32,000 bases of DNA, from positions 1,980,001-2,012,000 of the forward strand of contig NC_000962.3 in the NCBI RefSeq assembly GCF_000195955.2, in the 5' to 3' direction. The notes under the pieces are model-generated. The model searched no databases. It saw only the letters and a program-made list of their open reading frames with translations, and was not told where the DNA came from. Of this stretch, positions 18,815-27,831 are shown piece by piece (the stretch's first letter is position 1; each line of letters begins with the position of its first letter). Both the position numbers and the translations under genes were made by a program. The DNA is from Mycobacterium tuberculosis H37Rv. GTDB lineage: Bacteria > Actinomycetota > Actinomycetes > Mycobacteriales > Mycobacteriaceae.

Positions 18815-19640
18815 TGAACTATCCCAGGCTTTGTTCCTAGTCGGTGCGAGGGCCGGGGTTGGCTGGCTCGCGGGGTGTGAGGTGCCGGTGAGGGCGGCCT
18901 CGTACTCGGCCTGGACTCCGGTAGCCTAGGGCTTCGTGCAGGCATTCCTGGTTGTACCAGCCAGCCATTCGGCGGTTGCCAGTTTGACGTCGTCGATGCA
19001 CCGCCAGGGTCTGCCGCGGTTGATCAACTCGGACTTGGAGGCGACGTTGACCGCGAGGGCGTTGTCATAACAGTCGCCACGAGACCCGACCGAAGGGGCG
19101 ATCCCGAGCTCAGCCAGTCGGTCGGTATAGGTCAGCGATAGTTACTGCGATCCGGGGTCGGAATGATGCACCAACTCAGAAAGATCTGAATTTGATTGCC
19201 AAACAGCATGATTGAATACTTGTACGGGCAGATCTTCGGTGCGCATCGTCGCCGAGACGGCCCAAACGACGATCTTTCGGGTGCACACGTCGGTGACGAA
19301 CGCGGTGTAGCAGAACCCCTGCCAGGTCCGCACGAACGTGATGTCGGCGACCCACAACCGGTTGGGCTTACTGCCTTGAATTGCCGGTTTACCAGATCAG
19401 CCGGCCGTGGTCGGCTACGTCGGTGACGGTGGTGAACACGGCCGTTGCACGCCGCACAGCCCGGCCTTGCGCATCAACGGGCGGGTTTGTTCTCTGCCGA
19501 GGTGCCAACCCTTGCGTTTCATGGCCTGGTGCATCTTGTTAATCCCGTAGACCGAGTAGTTGTCGCGGTGCGCCGTGCGTAGGCGAACTTGAGACTATGA
19601 CTGTGTTTTCCGGCCAGTCGGATGCGCCCTGGCATGGCCG
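18815..19640 (-). pseudogene. IS3-family transposase (orfB-type) remnant, multiply frameshifted (includes the 71-aa ORF 19142..19357, probably Rv1765A)
   Basis: Pieces that parallel IS6110 OrfB lie in different frames: YSVYGINKMHQAMKRKGWHLGREQTRPLMRKAGL; RPADLVNRQFKA; NRLWVADITFVRTWQGFCYTAFVTDVCTRKIV..LVHHSDPGSQ(stop)LSLTYTDRLAELGIAPSVGSRGDCYDNAL; WYNQECLHEALGY. A TGAAC-initiated end sequence at 18815 resembles an IS3-type terminal repeat. The orfA part and the other end are missing. Confidence 0.75.
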
Positions 19641-19684
19641 GCGGTAGGAGATCCAATCGTGCATTGTTTTCGTGCAGCCATCCA

Positions 19685-19701
19685 ATACCCCCCTGGGTAC
19701 T
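19685..19701. promoter_or_regulatory. Candidate CsoR-family operator (ATACCC-CCCT-GGGTACT) overlapping a TACTAT -10-like hexamer upstream of the regulator gene
   Basis: TACCC-N4-GGGTA palindrome ending 36 bp upstream of GTG 19737. TACTAT lies at 19698-19703. It shares half-sites with the site at 20047-20064. Confidence 0.5.
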
Positions 19702-19727
19702 ATGGCGGTGCCACTTCAACGAGATAG

Positions 19728-20006
<279 letters not shown>

Positions 20007-20046
20007 ATGGGCCCGAAGCCATCAATAACCAAGGCCGCCGTCCGTG

Positions 20047-20064
20047 TATACCCATAGGGGTATA
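20047..20064. promoter_or_regulatory. Candidate CsoR-family operator (TATACCC-ATAG-GGGTATA) overlapping a TATATT -10-like hexamer
   Basis: 18-bp palindrome with perfect 7-bp arms. TATATT at 20061-20066 ends 7 nt before ATG 20074, which suggests a leaderless transcript. Confidence 0.5.
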
Positions 20065-20073
20065 TTGGACGCC

Positions 20074-20433
20074 ATGTCGGACCAGCCACGTCATCACCAG
20101 GTCCTCGACGACCTGCTGCCCCAACACCGCGCTCTACGTCACCAGATTCCCCAGGTGTACCAGCGATTTGTAGCCCTGGGCGACGCCGCGCTTACCGACG
20201 GCGCTCTCAGCCGCAAGGTCAAGGAGCTTGTGGCGCTGGCGATCGCGGTTGTGCAGGGGTGCGATGGCTGCGTCGCATCACACGCCCAAGCCGCGGTACG
20301 GGCCGGCGCTACAGCGCAAGAAGCCGCTGAGGCCATCGGGGTCACCATCTTGATGCACGGTGGACCGGCCACCATCCACGGTGCTCGTGCCTACGCGGCA
20401 TTTTGCGAATTCGCTGACACAACGCCGTCCTAG
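20074..20433 (+). CDS. Carboxymuconolactone decarboxylase (AhpD-like) family protein with CxxC, 119 aa (probably Rv1767)
   Basis: KELVALAIAVVQGCDGCVASHAQAAVRAGAT is the AhpD/CMD-family CxxC..H core. Confidence 0.85.
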   Translation: MSDQPRHHQVLDDLLPQHRALRHQIPQVYQRFVALGDAALTDGALSRKVKELVALAIAVVQGCDGCVASHAQAAVRAGATAQEAAEAIGVTILMHGGPATIHGARAYAAFCEFADTTPS

Positions 20434-20613
20434 TCGTCGCGGCCACCGAGCGGACCGCGCTGACCCGGGCTGAAACGTTCCGAGGCGGACTGGCGAAACG
20501 CATGGTAGGTCACGCGGAAATGCGGGGCGTGTTGGCGCGATGGCGATAGCCTTTGCCGAGGGTTCAATGGTGACCGGGCGCCCGCCGGGTTTCCATGAGG
20601 CGGGAGGTCCCTG

Positions 20614-22470
20614 ATGTCCTATCTCGTCGTGGTGCCGGAGTTGGTCGCAGCGGCGGCAACAGATTTGGCGAACATCGGTTCGTCGATTAGTGCAGCCAAC
20701 GCGGCCGCGGCGGCACCGACCACGGCACTGGTCGCAGCCGGCGGCGACGAGGTATCGGCGGCCATAGCCGCGTTGTTCGGAGCGCATGCTCGGGCATATC
20801 AAGCGTTGAGTGCCCAGGCGGCGATGTTTCATGAACAGTTTGTCCGGGCCCTCGCCGCCGGCGGTAACTCCTACGCCGTCGCTGAGGCGGCAACCGCGCA
20901 ATCGGTTCAGCAAGATCTGCTCAACCTGATCAATGCGCCCACCCAGGCGCTGTTGGGGCGTCCGCTGATCGGCAACGGCGCCAACGGGCTGCCGGGTACG
21001 GGCCAGAACGGCGGCGACGGCGGGATTCTGTACGGCAACGGCGGCAACGGTGGGTCCGGCGGGGTCAACCAGGCCGGTGGCAATGGCGGGAATGCTGGGC
21101 TGTGGGGCAATGGCGGATCCGGCGGAGCCGGCGGGAACGCCACCACTGCCGGCCGCAACGGCTTCAACGGGGGCGCCGGGGGAAGCGGCGGTTTGCTGTG
21201 GGGCAATGGCGGTGCCGGCGGGGCCGGTGGGAACGGCGGTCCGGCTCCGCTCGTGGGCGGGGTGGGCACCACCGGTGGCGCCGGCGGGAACGGCGGCGGC
21301 GCCGGGTTGTTCTACGGTTTCGGCGGCGCCGGTGGGAACGGCGGGATGGGCGGGGTGGCACCGAGCACCGGCCCCTCGATGGGCATCCTCCCGGCCGGCG
21401 GTGTCGGCGGGCCTGGTGGCTCCGGCGGGGCGAGCGCGCTTGCCTTCGGCTCCGGCGGCGTCGGCGGTGCCGGTGGCTTGGGCGGGCCGACCGATGGCAC
21501 CGTCCAGGGGGTGGGCGGCTTCGGCGGTCAGGGCGGCAACGGCGGGCAGAGCGGCTTGTTGTTTGGCAACGCGGGAGCCGGCGGGGCAGGCGCTGCCGGC
21601 GGAGCCGGCACCGGCGACACCGAGAGCTTCGGCGGCCACGGCGGGGCCGGCGGTGATGGCGGCGCTGTTGGCTTGATCGGTAACGGCGGGGCCGGCGGCA
21701 CCGGATCTCCCGGCGCTGTGGTGGGTGGTAACGGCGGCGTCGGTGGTCTGGGTGGCGCCGGCAGTCCCGGGGGTCTGTTGTACGGCACCGGGGGGGCCGG
21801 CGGCAATGGCGGACCGGGTGGTGACGGTGGTACTGGCGCGACGGTGGGCTTTGCCGGCTCCGGCGGTTTCGGCGGTGCGGGGGGCATCGCCCAGCTGTTT
21901 GGCACGGGTGGCATGGGTGGTAGCGGCGGTGGTATAGGCGCTGGCACCACGACCGTGGTGCCGCCCGACGTCGCCCCGGTGGGTGGCACAGGCGGCAATG
22001 GCGGTCGCGCCGGGCTGCTGTTGGGTGTGGGTGGCATGGGCGGTAATGGCGGTGCCACCAGCGTCGGCGGGACGCTCTACGCCGCCGGTGGAAACGGCGG
22101 CGACGGCGGGTTGGTGTGGGGCAACGGTGGCACCGGCGGGAGCGGTGGCGCCGGCGGGGCGGGCAGCGTCGGCAACGGCGGTGCGGGTGGCAACGCGGCA
22201 CTGCTGTTCGGCAACGGCGGGGCGGGCGGGGCCGGCGGCGCCGGCGGCATCGGTGCCGGCGGAGCCGGCGGCTTCGGCGCGGTTCTGTTTGGCAACGGCG
22301 GGGCTGGCGGGAGCGGTGCCCCCGGTGGCATCGGCGCCGGTGGCAATGGCGGAAACGCGCTGCTGGTCGGCAACGGCGGCAACGGTGGGGCAGGTACCGG
22401 TGGGGCTGCTGGCGGTGCCGGTGGCTCGGGCGGGTTGCTATTCGGCCAAAATGGGATGCCCGGGCCGTGA
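20614..22470 (+). CDS. PE_PGRS31: PE_PGRS family protein, 618 aa
   Basis: PE domain [24 protein letters not shown], with a GGGAGG SD upstream. The GRPLIGNG linker and GGxGGxGG repeats run to the C-terminus. Confidence 0.93.
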   Translation: MSYLVVVPELVAAAATDLANIGSSISAANAAAAAPTTALVAAGGDEVSAAIAALFGAHARAYQALSAQAAMFHEQFVRALAAGGNSYAVAEAATAQSVQQDLLNLINAPTQALLGRPLIGNGANGLPGTGQNGGDGGILYGNGGNGGSGGVNQAGGNGGNAGLWGNGGSGGAGGNATTAGRNGFNGGAGGSGGLLWGNGGAGGAGGNGGPAPLVGGVGTTGGAGGNGGGAGLFYGFGGAGGNGGMGGVAPSTGPSMGILPAGGVGGPGGSGGASALAFGSGGVGGAGGLGGPTDGTVQGVGGFGGQGGNGGQSGLLFGNAGAGGAGAAGGAGTGDTESFGGHGGAGGDGGAVGLIGNGGAGGTGSPGAVVGGNGGVGGLGGAGSPGGLLYGTGGAGGNGGPGGDGGTGATVGFAGSGGFGGAGGIAQLFGTGGMGGSGGGIGAGTTTVVPPDVAPVGGTGGNGGRAGLLLGVGGMGGNGGATSVGGTLYAAGGNGGDGGLVWGNGGTGGSGGAGGAGSVGNGGAGGNAALLFGNGGAGGAGGAGGIGAGGAGGFGAVLFGNGGAGGSGAPGGIGAGGNGGNALLVGNGGNGGAGTGGAAGGAGGSGGLLFGQNGMPGP

Positions 22471-22625
22471 GCGCCCCAACCCAGGCCAACCCCCTATGGG
22501 CAATCTGCACATCAATTGGCCAGGTCGACAGCAGACCGCACACATCTACGAGATTGGTTCCCGATCCGTGGGTGGGGCCGGGAAAAGCGGCTGTAAGAGT
22601 TGGCTAGGTTCAGTAGGGTGGCGGC

Positions 22626-23870
22626 GTGCATGAGGTGGCTGCTCGTGAGCAACGTTCGGACGGGCCGATGAGGCTGGATGCGCAGGGCCGACTGCAGCGT
22701 TACGAGGAGGCGTTCGCTGACTACGATGCACCGTTTGCGTTCGTAGATCTCGACGCGATGTGGGGCAATGCCGATCAACTGCTTGCGCGCGCCGGCGACA
22801 AGCCGATCCGGGTGGCGTCGAAGTCGCTGCGTTGCCGACCACTGCAACGCGAAATCCTTGATGCCAGTGAGCGATTCGACGGGCTATTGACGTTCACGCT
22901 TACCGAGACGCTGTGGCTTGCCGGCCAAGGTTTCTCGAACCTGTTGTTGGCCTACCCGCCGACCGACCGGGCGGCATTGCGTGCGCTTGGCGAGCTGACG
23001 GCCAAGGACCCGGACGGGGCGCCGATCGTGATGGTGGACAGCGTGGAGCACCTTGACCTGATCGAGCGCACGACCGACAAGCCGGTACGGCTGTGTCTGG
23101 ATTTCGATGCCGGCTATTGGCGCGCCGGCGGGCGGATAAAAATTGGTTCCAAGCGCTCGCCGCTGCACACCCCGGAGCAGGCTCGCGCACTCGCGGTGGA
23201 GATCGCGCGGCGGCCGGCGCTAACGTTGGCGGCGTTGATGTGCTACGAGGCCCACATTGCGGGCCTCGGTGACAACGTCGCCGGCAAGCGGGTCCACAAC
23301 GCGATCATCCGTCGGATGCAGCGCATGTCGTTCGAAGAGCTGCGCGAGCGTCGTGCCCGGGCCGTCGAGCTGGTGCGCGAGGTCGCCGACATCAAGATCG
23401 TCAACGCCGGTGGCACCGGCGACTTGCAGCTGGTTGCGCAGGAGCCGTTGATTACCGAAGCGACCGCCGGCTCGGGTTTTTACGCGCCGACACTGTTCGA
23501 CTCGTATTCGACGTTCACGCTGCAGCCCGCGGCGATGTTCGCGCTGCCGGTATGCCGTCGTCCCGGTGCAAAGACCGTGACCGCGCTCGGGGGTGGCTAT
23601 TTAGCCAGCGGGGTCGGGGCGAAGGACCGCATGCCGACTCCCTACCTGCCGGTCGGGCTGAAGCTCAATGCGCTGGAGGGAACGGGCGAAGTTCAGACAC
23701 CGCTATCCGGTGATGCAGCCCGACGGCTGAAGCTTGGCGACAAGGTCTACTTCCGCCACACCAAGGCCGGTGAGCTGTGTGAGCGGTTCGACCATCTGCA
23801 TCTGGTCCGTGGCGCTGAAGTAGTCGACACCGTCCCCACCTACCGGGGTGAAGGGCGCACCTTCCTCTAA
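22626..23870 (+). CDS. PLP-dependent fold-type III (alanine racemase N-terminal barrel) enzyme, D-Ser dehydratase / D-Thr aldolase-like, 414 aa (probably Rv1769)
   Basis: GTG start. It has a candidate PLP-lysine context (PIRVASKSLRC), and its barrel-plus-C-terminal-domain length is typical of the family. The exact activity is not inferable. Confidence 0.7.
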   Translation: MHEVAAREQRSDGPMRLDAQGRLQRYEEAFADYDAPFAFVDLDAMWGNADQLLARAGDKPIRVASKSLRCRPLQREILDASERFDGLLTFTLTETLWLAGQGFSNLLLAYPPTDRAALRALGELTAKDPDGAPIVMVDSVEHLDLIERTTDKPVRLCLDFDAGYWRAGGRIKIGSKRSPLHTPEQARALAVEIARRPALTLAALMCYEAHIAGLGDNVAGKRVHNAIIRRMQRMSFEELRERRARAVELVREVADIKIVNAGGTGDLQLVAQEPLITEATAGSGFYAPTLFDSYSTFTLQPAAMFALPVCRRPGAKTVTALGGGYLASGVGAKDRMPTPYLPVGLKLNALEGTGEVQTPLSGDAARRLKLGDKVYFRHTKAGELCERFDHLHLVRGAEVVDTVPTYRGEGRTFL

Positions 23871-23877
23871 TGCTGAA

Positions 23878-25164
23878 ATGGACGAGGCCCACCCGGCTCA
23901 CCCGGCAGATGCGGGGCGGCCCGGTGGCCCAATTCAAGGCGCGCGAAGAGGAGCTGCCATGACACCGATCACCGCCCTGCCGACCGAGTTGGCGGCCATG
24001 CGCGAGGTAGTCGAGACGCTCGCACCCATTGAGCGTGCCGCGGGCGAGCCGGGTGAGCACAAGGCGGCCGAGTGGATCGTCGAGCGCCTGCGCACGGCGG
24101 GCGCGCAGGACGCGCGCATCGAGGAGGAGCAGTACCTCGACGGCTACCCGAGGCTGCACCTCAAGCTGTCGGTGATCGGGGTGGCGGCCGGCGTCGCGGG
24201 CCTGCTCAGCAGACGTTTGCGCATCCCCGCCGCGCTGGCCGGGGTGGGTGCGGGGCTGGCAATCGCCGACGATTGCGCCAACGGGCCGCGCATTGTGCGC
24301 AAACGAACGGAGACGCCCCGGACGACATGGAACGCGGTAGCCGAGGCCGGTGATCCTGCTGGTCAGCTAACAGTTGTTGTGTGCGCTCACCACGACGCCG
24401 CGCACAGCGGCAAGTTTTTCGAGGCTCATATTGAGGAGGTAATGGTCGAGCTGTTTCCCGGGATTGTGGAGCGCATCGACACGCAGCTGCCGAACTGGTG
24501 GGGGCCGATCCTCGCGCCCGCACTCGCCGGTGTCGGCGCCCTGCGCGGCAGCCGGCCGATGATGATCGCCGGAACGGTGGGTAGCGCCCTGGCCGCCGCT
24601 TTGTTCGCCGACATCGCGCGCAGTCCGGTCGTCCCCGGTGCCAACGACAATCTCTCCGCGGTTGCGCTGCTGGTCGCGCTGGCCGAGCGGCTGCGCGAGC
24701 GGCCGGTGAAGGGCGTGCGAGTGTTGCTCGTGTCCCTGGGGGCCGAGGAAACGTTGCAGGGCGGGATCTACGGGTTCCTGGCGCGACACAAACCCGAGCT
24801 GGACCGCGACCGCACATACTTCCTGAACTTCGACACCATCGGCTCACCCGAGCTCATCATGCTCGAGGGCGAGGGCCCGACGGTCATGGAGGACTACTTC
24901 TATCGGCCATTCCGGGATCTGGTCATCCGGGCGGCCGAGCGCGCCGACGCGCCGCTGCGGCGCGGCATCCGGTCGCGCAACAGTACCGACGCGGTGTTGA
25001 TGAGCCGCGCCGGCTACCCGACCGCGTGCTTTGTGTCGATCAACCGGCACAAGTCGGTGGCCAATTACCACCTGATGTCCGATACACCTGAGAATCTCTG
25101 CTATGAGACGGTGTCCCACGCCGTCACCGTCGCCGAATCCGTGATCAGGGAGCTGGCCCGATGA
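23878..25164 (+). CDS. M28-family metallopeptidase with hydrophobic insert, 428 aa (probably Rv1770)
   Basis: M28 metal-ligand contexts are present: VVVCAHHDAAH, GANDNLSAVALLVALAE, LVSLGAEETLQGG. An alternative start at ATG 23959 has a much better SD (GAAGAGGAG 5-6 nt upstream). Confidence 0.8.
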   Translation: MDEAHPAHPADAGRPGGPIQGARRGAAMTPITALPTELAAMREVVETLAPIERAAGEPGEHKAAEWIVERLRTAGAQDARIEEEQYLDGYPRLHLKLSVIGVAAGVAGLLSRRLRIPAALAGVGAGLAIADDCANGPRIVRKRTETPRTTWNAVAEAGDPAGQLTVVVCAHHDAAHSGKFFEAHIEEVMVELFPGIVERIDTQLPNWWGPILAPALAGVGALRGSRPMMIAGTVGSALAAALFADIARSPVVPGANDNLSAVALLVALAERLRERPVKGVRVLLVSLGAEETLQGGIYGFLARHKPELDRDRTYFLNFDTIGSPELIMLEGEGPTVMEDYFYRPFRDLVIRAAERADAPLRRGIRSRNSTDAVLMSRAGYPTACFVSINRHKSVANYHLMSDTPENLCYETVSHAVTVAESVIRELAR

Positions 25165-26447
25165 GCCCGATATGGAGTAATTGGCCTGGTGAGCAAGTCT
25201 GCGCGCCGTCGGCGATCGTACGGCCGACCTCGGAGGCTGAGCTGGCCGACGTGATCGCGCAGGCGGCGAAAAGAGGCGAGCGGGTACGCGCGGTTGGCAG
25301 CGGGCATTCGTTTACCGACATCGCCTGCACGGACGGGGTCATGATCGACATGACCGGCCTGCAGCGGGTCCTCGACGTGGACCAGCCGACTGGCCTGGTG
25401 ACGGTCGAGGGGGGCGCAAAGCTACGTGCGCTGGGACCCCAATTGGCGCAACGACGGCTCGGCCTGGAGAACCAGGGTGACGTGGATCCCCAATCCATCA
25501 CCGGCGCGACCGCGACCGCGACGCACGGAACCGGGGTGCGTTTCCAGAATCTGTCGGCGCGGATCGTTTCGCTGCGGCTGGTCACCGCGGGCGGGGAAGT
25601 GCTCAGTCTGTCCGAAGGTGACGATTACCTGGCGGCACGGGTTTCCCTCGGCGCGCTAGGAGTGATCTCACAGGTCACCCTGCAGACGGTTCCGCTATTC
25701 ACGTTGCATCGCCATGATCAGCGACGCTCGCTGGCGCAGACGCTGGAGCGCCTCGACGAGTTCGTGGACGGTAATGACCATTTCGAGTTTTTCGTATTCC
25801 CTTACGCAGATAAGGCGTTGACGCGCACCATGCATCGCAGTGACGAGCAGCCCAAACCCACGCCCGGGTGGCAGCGCATGGTCGGCGAGAACTTCGAGAA
25901 CGGGGGATTGAGCCTGATCTGCCAGACCGGCCGTCGTTTTCCTAGTGTGGCGCCGCGACTGAACCGCCTGATGACGAACATGATGTCGTCCTCCACCGTG
26001 CAAGACCGCGCCTACAAGGTCTTTGCGACCCAACGCAAGGTCAGGTTCACCGAGATGGAGTACGCGATCCCGCGTGAAAACGGGCGCGAGGCGCTCCAGC
26101 GTGTCATCGACCTTGTGCGCCGTCGCAGCTTGCCGATCATGTTTCCGATTGAGGTGCGATTCTCCGCCCCCGACGATTCCTTCCTGTCGACCGCATATGG
26201 GCGCGACACTTGCTACATCGCGGTTCATCAATACGCCGGTATGGAGTTCGAAAGCTACTTCCGCGCCGTCGAGGAGATCATGGACGACTACGCCGGTCGG
26301 CCACACTGGGGTAAACGTCACTATCAGACCGCCGCCACGCTTCGTGAGCGCTATCCGCAGTGGGATCGGTTCGCCGCGGTTCGCGATCGCCTCGATCCGG
26401 ACCGGGTGTTTCTCAACGACTACACCCGGCGCGTTCTCGGTCCCTGA
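25161..26447 (+). CDS. FAD-linked L-gulono-1,4-lactone dehydrogenase/oxidase-type enzyme, 428 aa (probably Rv1771)
   Basis: VAO/PCMH FAD-binding domain (VRAVGSGHSFT) plus an ALO-type C-terminus (RPHWGKRH). The ATGA start/stop overlaps the upstream gene. Confidence 0.85.
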   Translation: MSPIWSNWPGEQVCAPSAIVRPTSEAELADVIAQAAKRGERVRAVGSGHSFTDIACTDGVMIDMTGLQRVLDVDQPTGLVTVEGGAKLRALGPQLAQRRLGLENQGDVDPQSITGATATATHGTGVRFQNLSARIVSLRLVTAGGEVLSLSEGDDYLAARVSLGALGVISQVTLQTVPLFTLHRHDQRRSLAQTLERLDEFVDGNDHFEFFVFPYADKALTRTMHRSDEQPKPTPGWQRMVGENFENGGLSLICQTGRRFPSVAPRLNRLMTNMMSSSTVQDRAYKVFATQRKVRFTEMEYAIPRENGREALQRVIDLVRRRSLPIMFPIEVRFSAPDDSFLSTAYGRDTCYIAVHQYAGMEFESYFRAVEEIMDDYAGRPHWGKRHYQTAATLRERYPQWDRFAAVRDRLDPDRVFLNDYTRRVLGP

Positions 26448-26662
26448 CAACGAATCAACGAACCCTCGTGGTGTTCGGCCGATATCGACACGGTCACAAC
26501 CGCGTACCGATATCAGCGGTGGTATGGCGTAACGGGCACGATGCACAAATCATGGCAGCATGCGCGTTGGGAGCCACCGTCGCGAACCAAGCGTGCGCGT
26601 TCACGGATTCGTCCGCCTGAGTTGGCGGATATCGGTTGGGTTCAACAGGAGGTAGCCAACCC

Positions 26663-26947
26663 ATGACGGCGAATCGAGGGCCCGCTGCAATCTCGAGCGG
26701 CTCGAACTCTGGCCGCGTTCTCGACACCGCCCGGGGTATCCTCATCGCTCTTCGGCGGTGCCCCGCAGAGACCGCGTTCGACGAGTTGCACAACGCCGCT
26801 CAACGGCACAGATTGCCGGTCTTCGAAATAGCTTGGGCACTAGTGCATTTGGCGGTCGAGGGAAGCACGCCATGCCGGAGCTTCGTCGATGCCCAGTCGG
26901 CGGCTCGGCGGGAGTGGGGTCAGCTTTTTGCGCATGCGGCGGCGTAA
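26663..26947 (+). CDS. Small stand-alone ANTAR-domain (RNA-binding antiterminator-type) protein (probably Rv1772; annotated-type TTG start at 26636)
   Basis: VLDTARGILIALRRCPAETAFDELHNAAQRHRLPVFEIAWALV fits the ANTAR pattern (AkGiLm...AF..L...sq....l.diA..v). AGGAGG at 26647-26652 lies 10 nt upstream of ATG 26663. Confidence 0.7.
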   Translation: MTANRGPAAISSGSNSGRVLDTARGILIALRRCPAETAFDELHNAAQRHRLPVFEIAWALVHLAVEGSTPCRSFVDAQSAARREWGQLFAHAAA

Positions 26948-26951
26948 TGCC

Positions 26952-26988
26952 AGCTTGGCGGTGGTGTGGGGAAGCACCGCCGCCAGCT
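26952..26988. terminator. Strong GC-rich hairpin between convergent genes (candidate bidirectional intrinsic terminator with no U-tract)
   Basis: 26952-26966 pairs with 26975-26988: 14 bp including one G-U, one bulged T56 and an 8-nt loop. It starts 5 nt after the TAA of the ANTAR gene and ends 32 nt before the stop of the IclR gene. Confidence 0.45.
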
Positions 26989-27019
26989 AAACGGATCGGC
27001 TTCGAATCCAGGAGCCCAA

Positions 27020-27766
27020 TCAGCGAGTCCAGTCCGGCGAGTCCGCGGCGGCGCGCAACGCGGCGATTATGCGCTGCTCTTTTTCCAGAAATCGTGCGGT
27101 GGGCGCCGGCACCGAGATCGCGATCACGTTGTCGCCCAGGGCGCGTCGTGCGATCGCAGCCGCGGATATCCCTGGGGTGTGCTCGTTGCGGTCGAAAGCG
27201 ATACCGGTGCGCCGGATCTCGACGATCTCGCGCCGTAGACCTTCGGCCACCATGGGATCCAGACGGCAGAGCGCGGCCTCGGCGTCGGCGTCGTCGAGAG
27301 CAGCCAGCGCCGCTTTTCCATTCGCGGTTCCGTTCAACGGGAAGCGGAGCCCGACGGCTGAGACCGCACGCAGCCGGTAAGACGATTCGATCTGGTCGAC
27401 AAACCACATTCGCTGGCCGCGCAGTACCGACAGGTCGACCGTTTCGCCGTCGGTCGCGCGGGCAACTCGCTCGACGGTCGGCCGGAACGCCGCGGCTATG
27501 TGGGCTCCGGTGACACTTCCGAATCCCAGCAAACGCTCGCCCAGTGCGAAGCGGCCGTGCGAATCGACACTAACCAGCCCCACCTCGACCAGGCCGACCA
27601 GCAAGCGTCGAGTCGTCGATTTGGCCAGCCCCAGCCGCTCGCAGAGATCGACTAGGCGCAGGTGTCCCGGTTCGGCAGCTATTTCGTCCAGCGCGGCGAC
27701 GGCGCGACGGAGCACCTGGATGCCTTCGTCGCGATTCGTTGTCGACTTTCCTTCCGTAGGCGGCAC
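27020..27766 (-). CDS. IclR-family transcriptional regulator, 248 aa (probably Rv1773c)
   Basis: N-terminal wHTH (LRLVDLCERLGLAKSTTRRLLVGLVEVGLV) plus an IclR effector domain. A GTG start at 27766 is assumed; the track ORF extends to 27799. Confidence 0.85.
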   Translation of the reverse strand: MPPTEGKSTTNRDEGIQVLRRAVAALDEIAAEPGHLRLVDLCERLGLAKSTTRRLLVGLVEVGLVSVDSHGRFALGERLLGFGSVTGAHIAAAFRPTVERVARATDGETVDLSVLRGQRMWFVDQIESSYRLRAVSAVGLRFPLNGTANGKAALAALDDADAEAALCRLDPMVAEGLRREIVEIRRTGIAFDRNEHTPGISAAAIARRALGDNVIAISVPAPTARFLEKEQRIIAALRAAADSPDWTR

Positions 27767-27778
27767 AACTGCAATATA

Positions 27779-27817
27779 GTGAACCGAAATACGGATCACA
27801 ATGATTCGAAATACGGA
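27779..27817. promoter_or_regulatory. Candidate IclR operator pair: 11-bp perfect direct repeat CGAAATACGGA x2 spaced 22 bp apart
   Basis: Copies lie at 27785-27795 and 27807-27817 in the 65-bp divergent intergenic region. The first sits inside the imperfect palindrome GTGAACCG-AAATA-CGGATCAC (27779-27799). Confidence 0.45.
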
Positions 27818-27831
27818 CCAGGAGTTTTGCT

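Noticed and set aside
18482-18945. Small ORFs between the HNH gene and the IS3 remnant (18514..18840 plus, 18482..18772 minus, 18688..18945 minus)
   Set aside because: They have Pro/Thr/Arg-rich composition and no motifs or start signals. Part of the interval is explained by the frameshifted transposase tail.
20438-20459. Short hairpin (CGCGGCC-loop-GGaCCGCG) after the AhpD-like gene
   Set aside because: It has only a 7-bp stem with a bulge and no U-tract. It is indistinguishable from background GC-rich pairing.
20278-22633. Long antisense or alternative-frame ORFs over PE_PGRS31 (20278..21639 minus 453 aa, 21164..22543 minus 459 aa, 21983..22633 plus, and others)
   Set aside because: These are the same repeat-driven artefact. 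They have Arg/Pro-rich nonsense composition and no start context.
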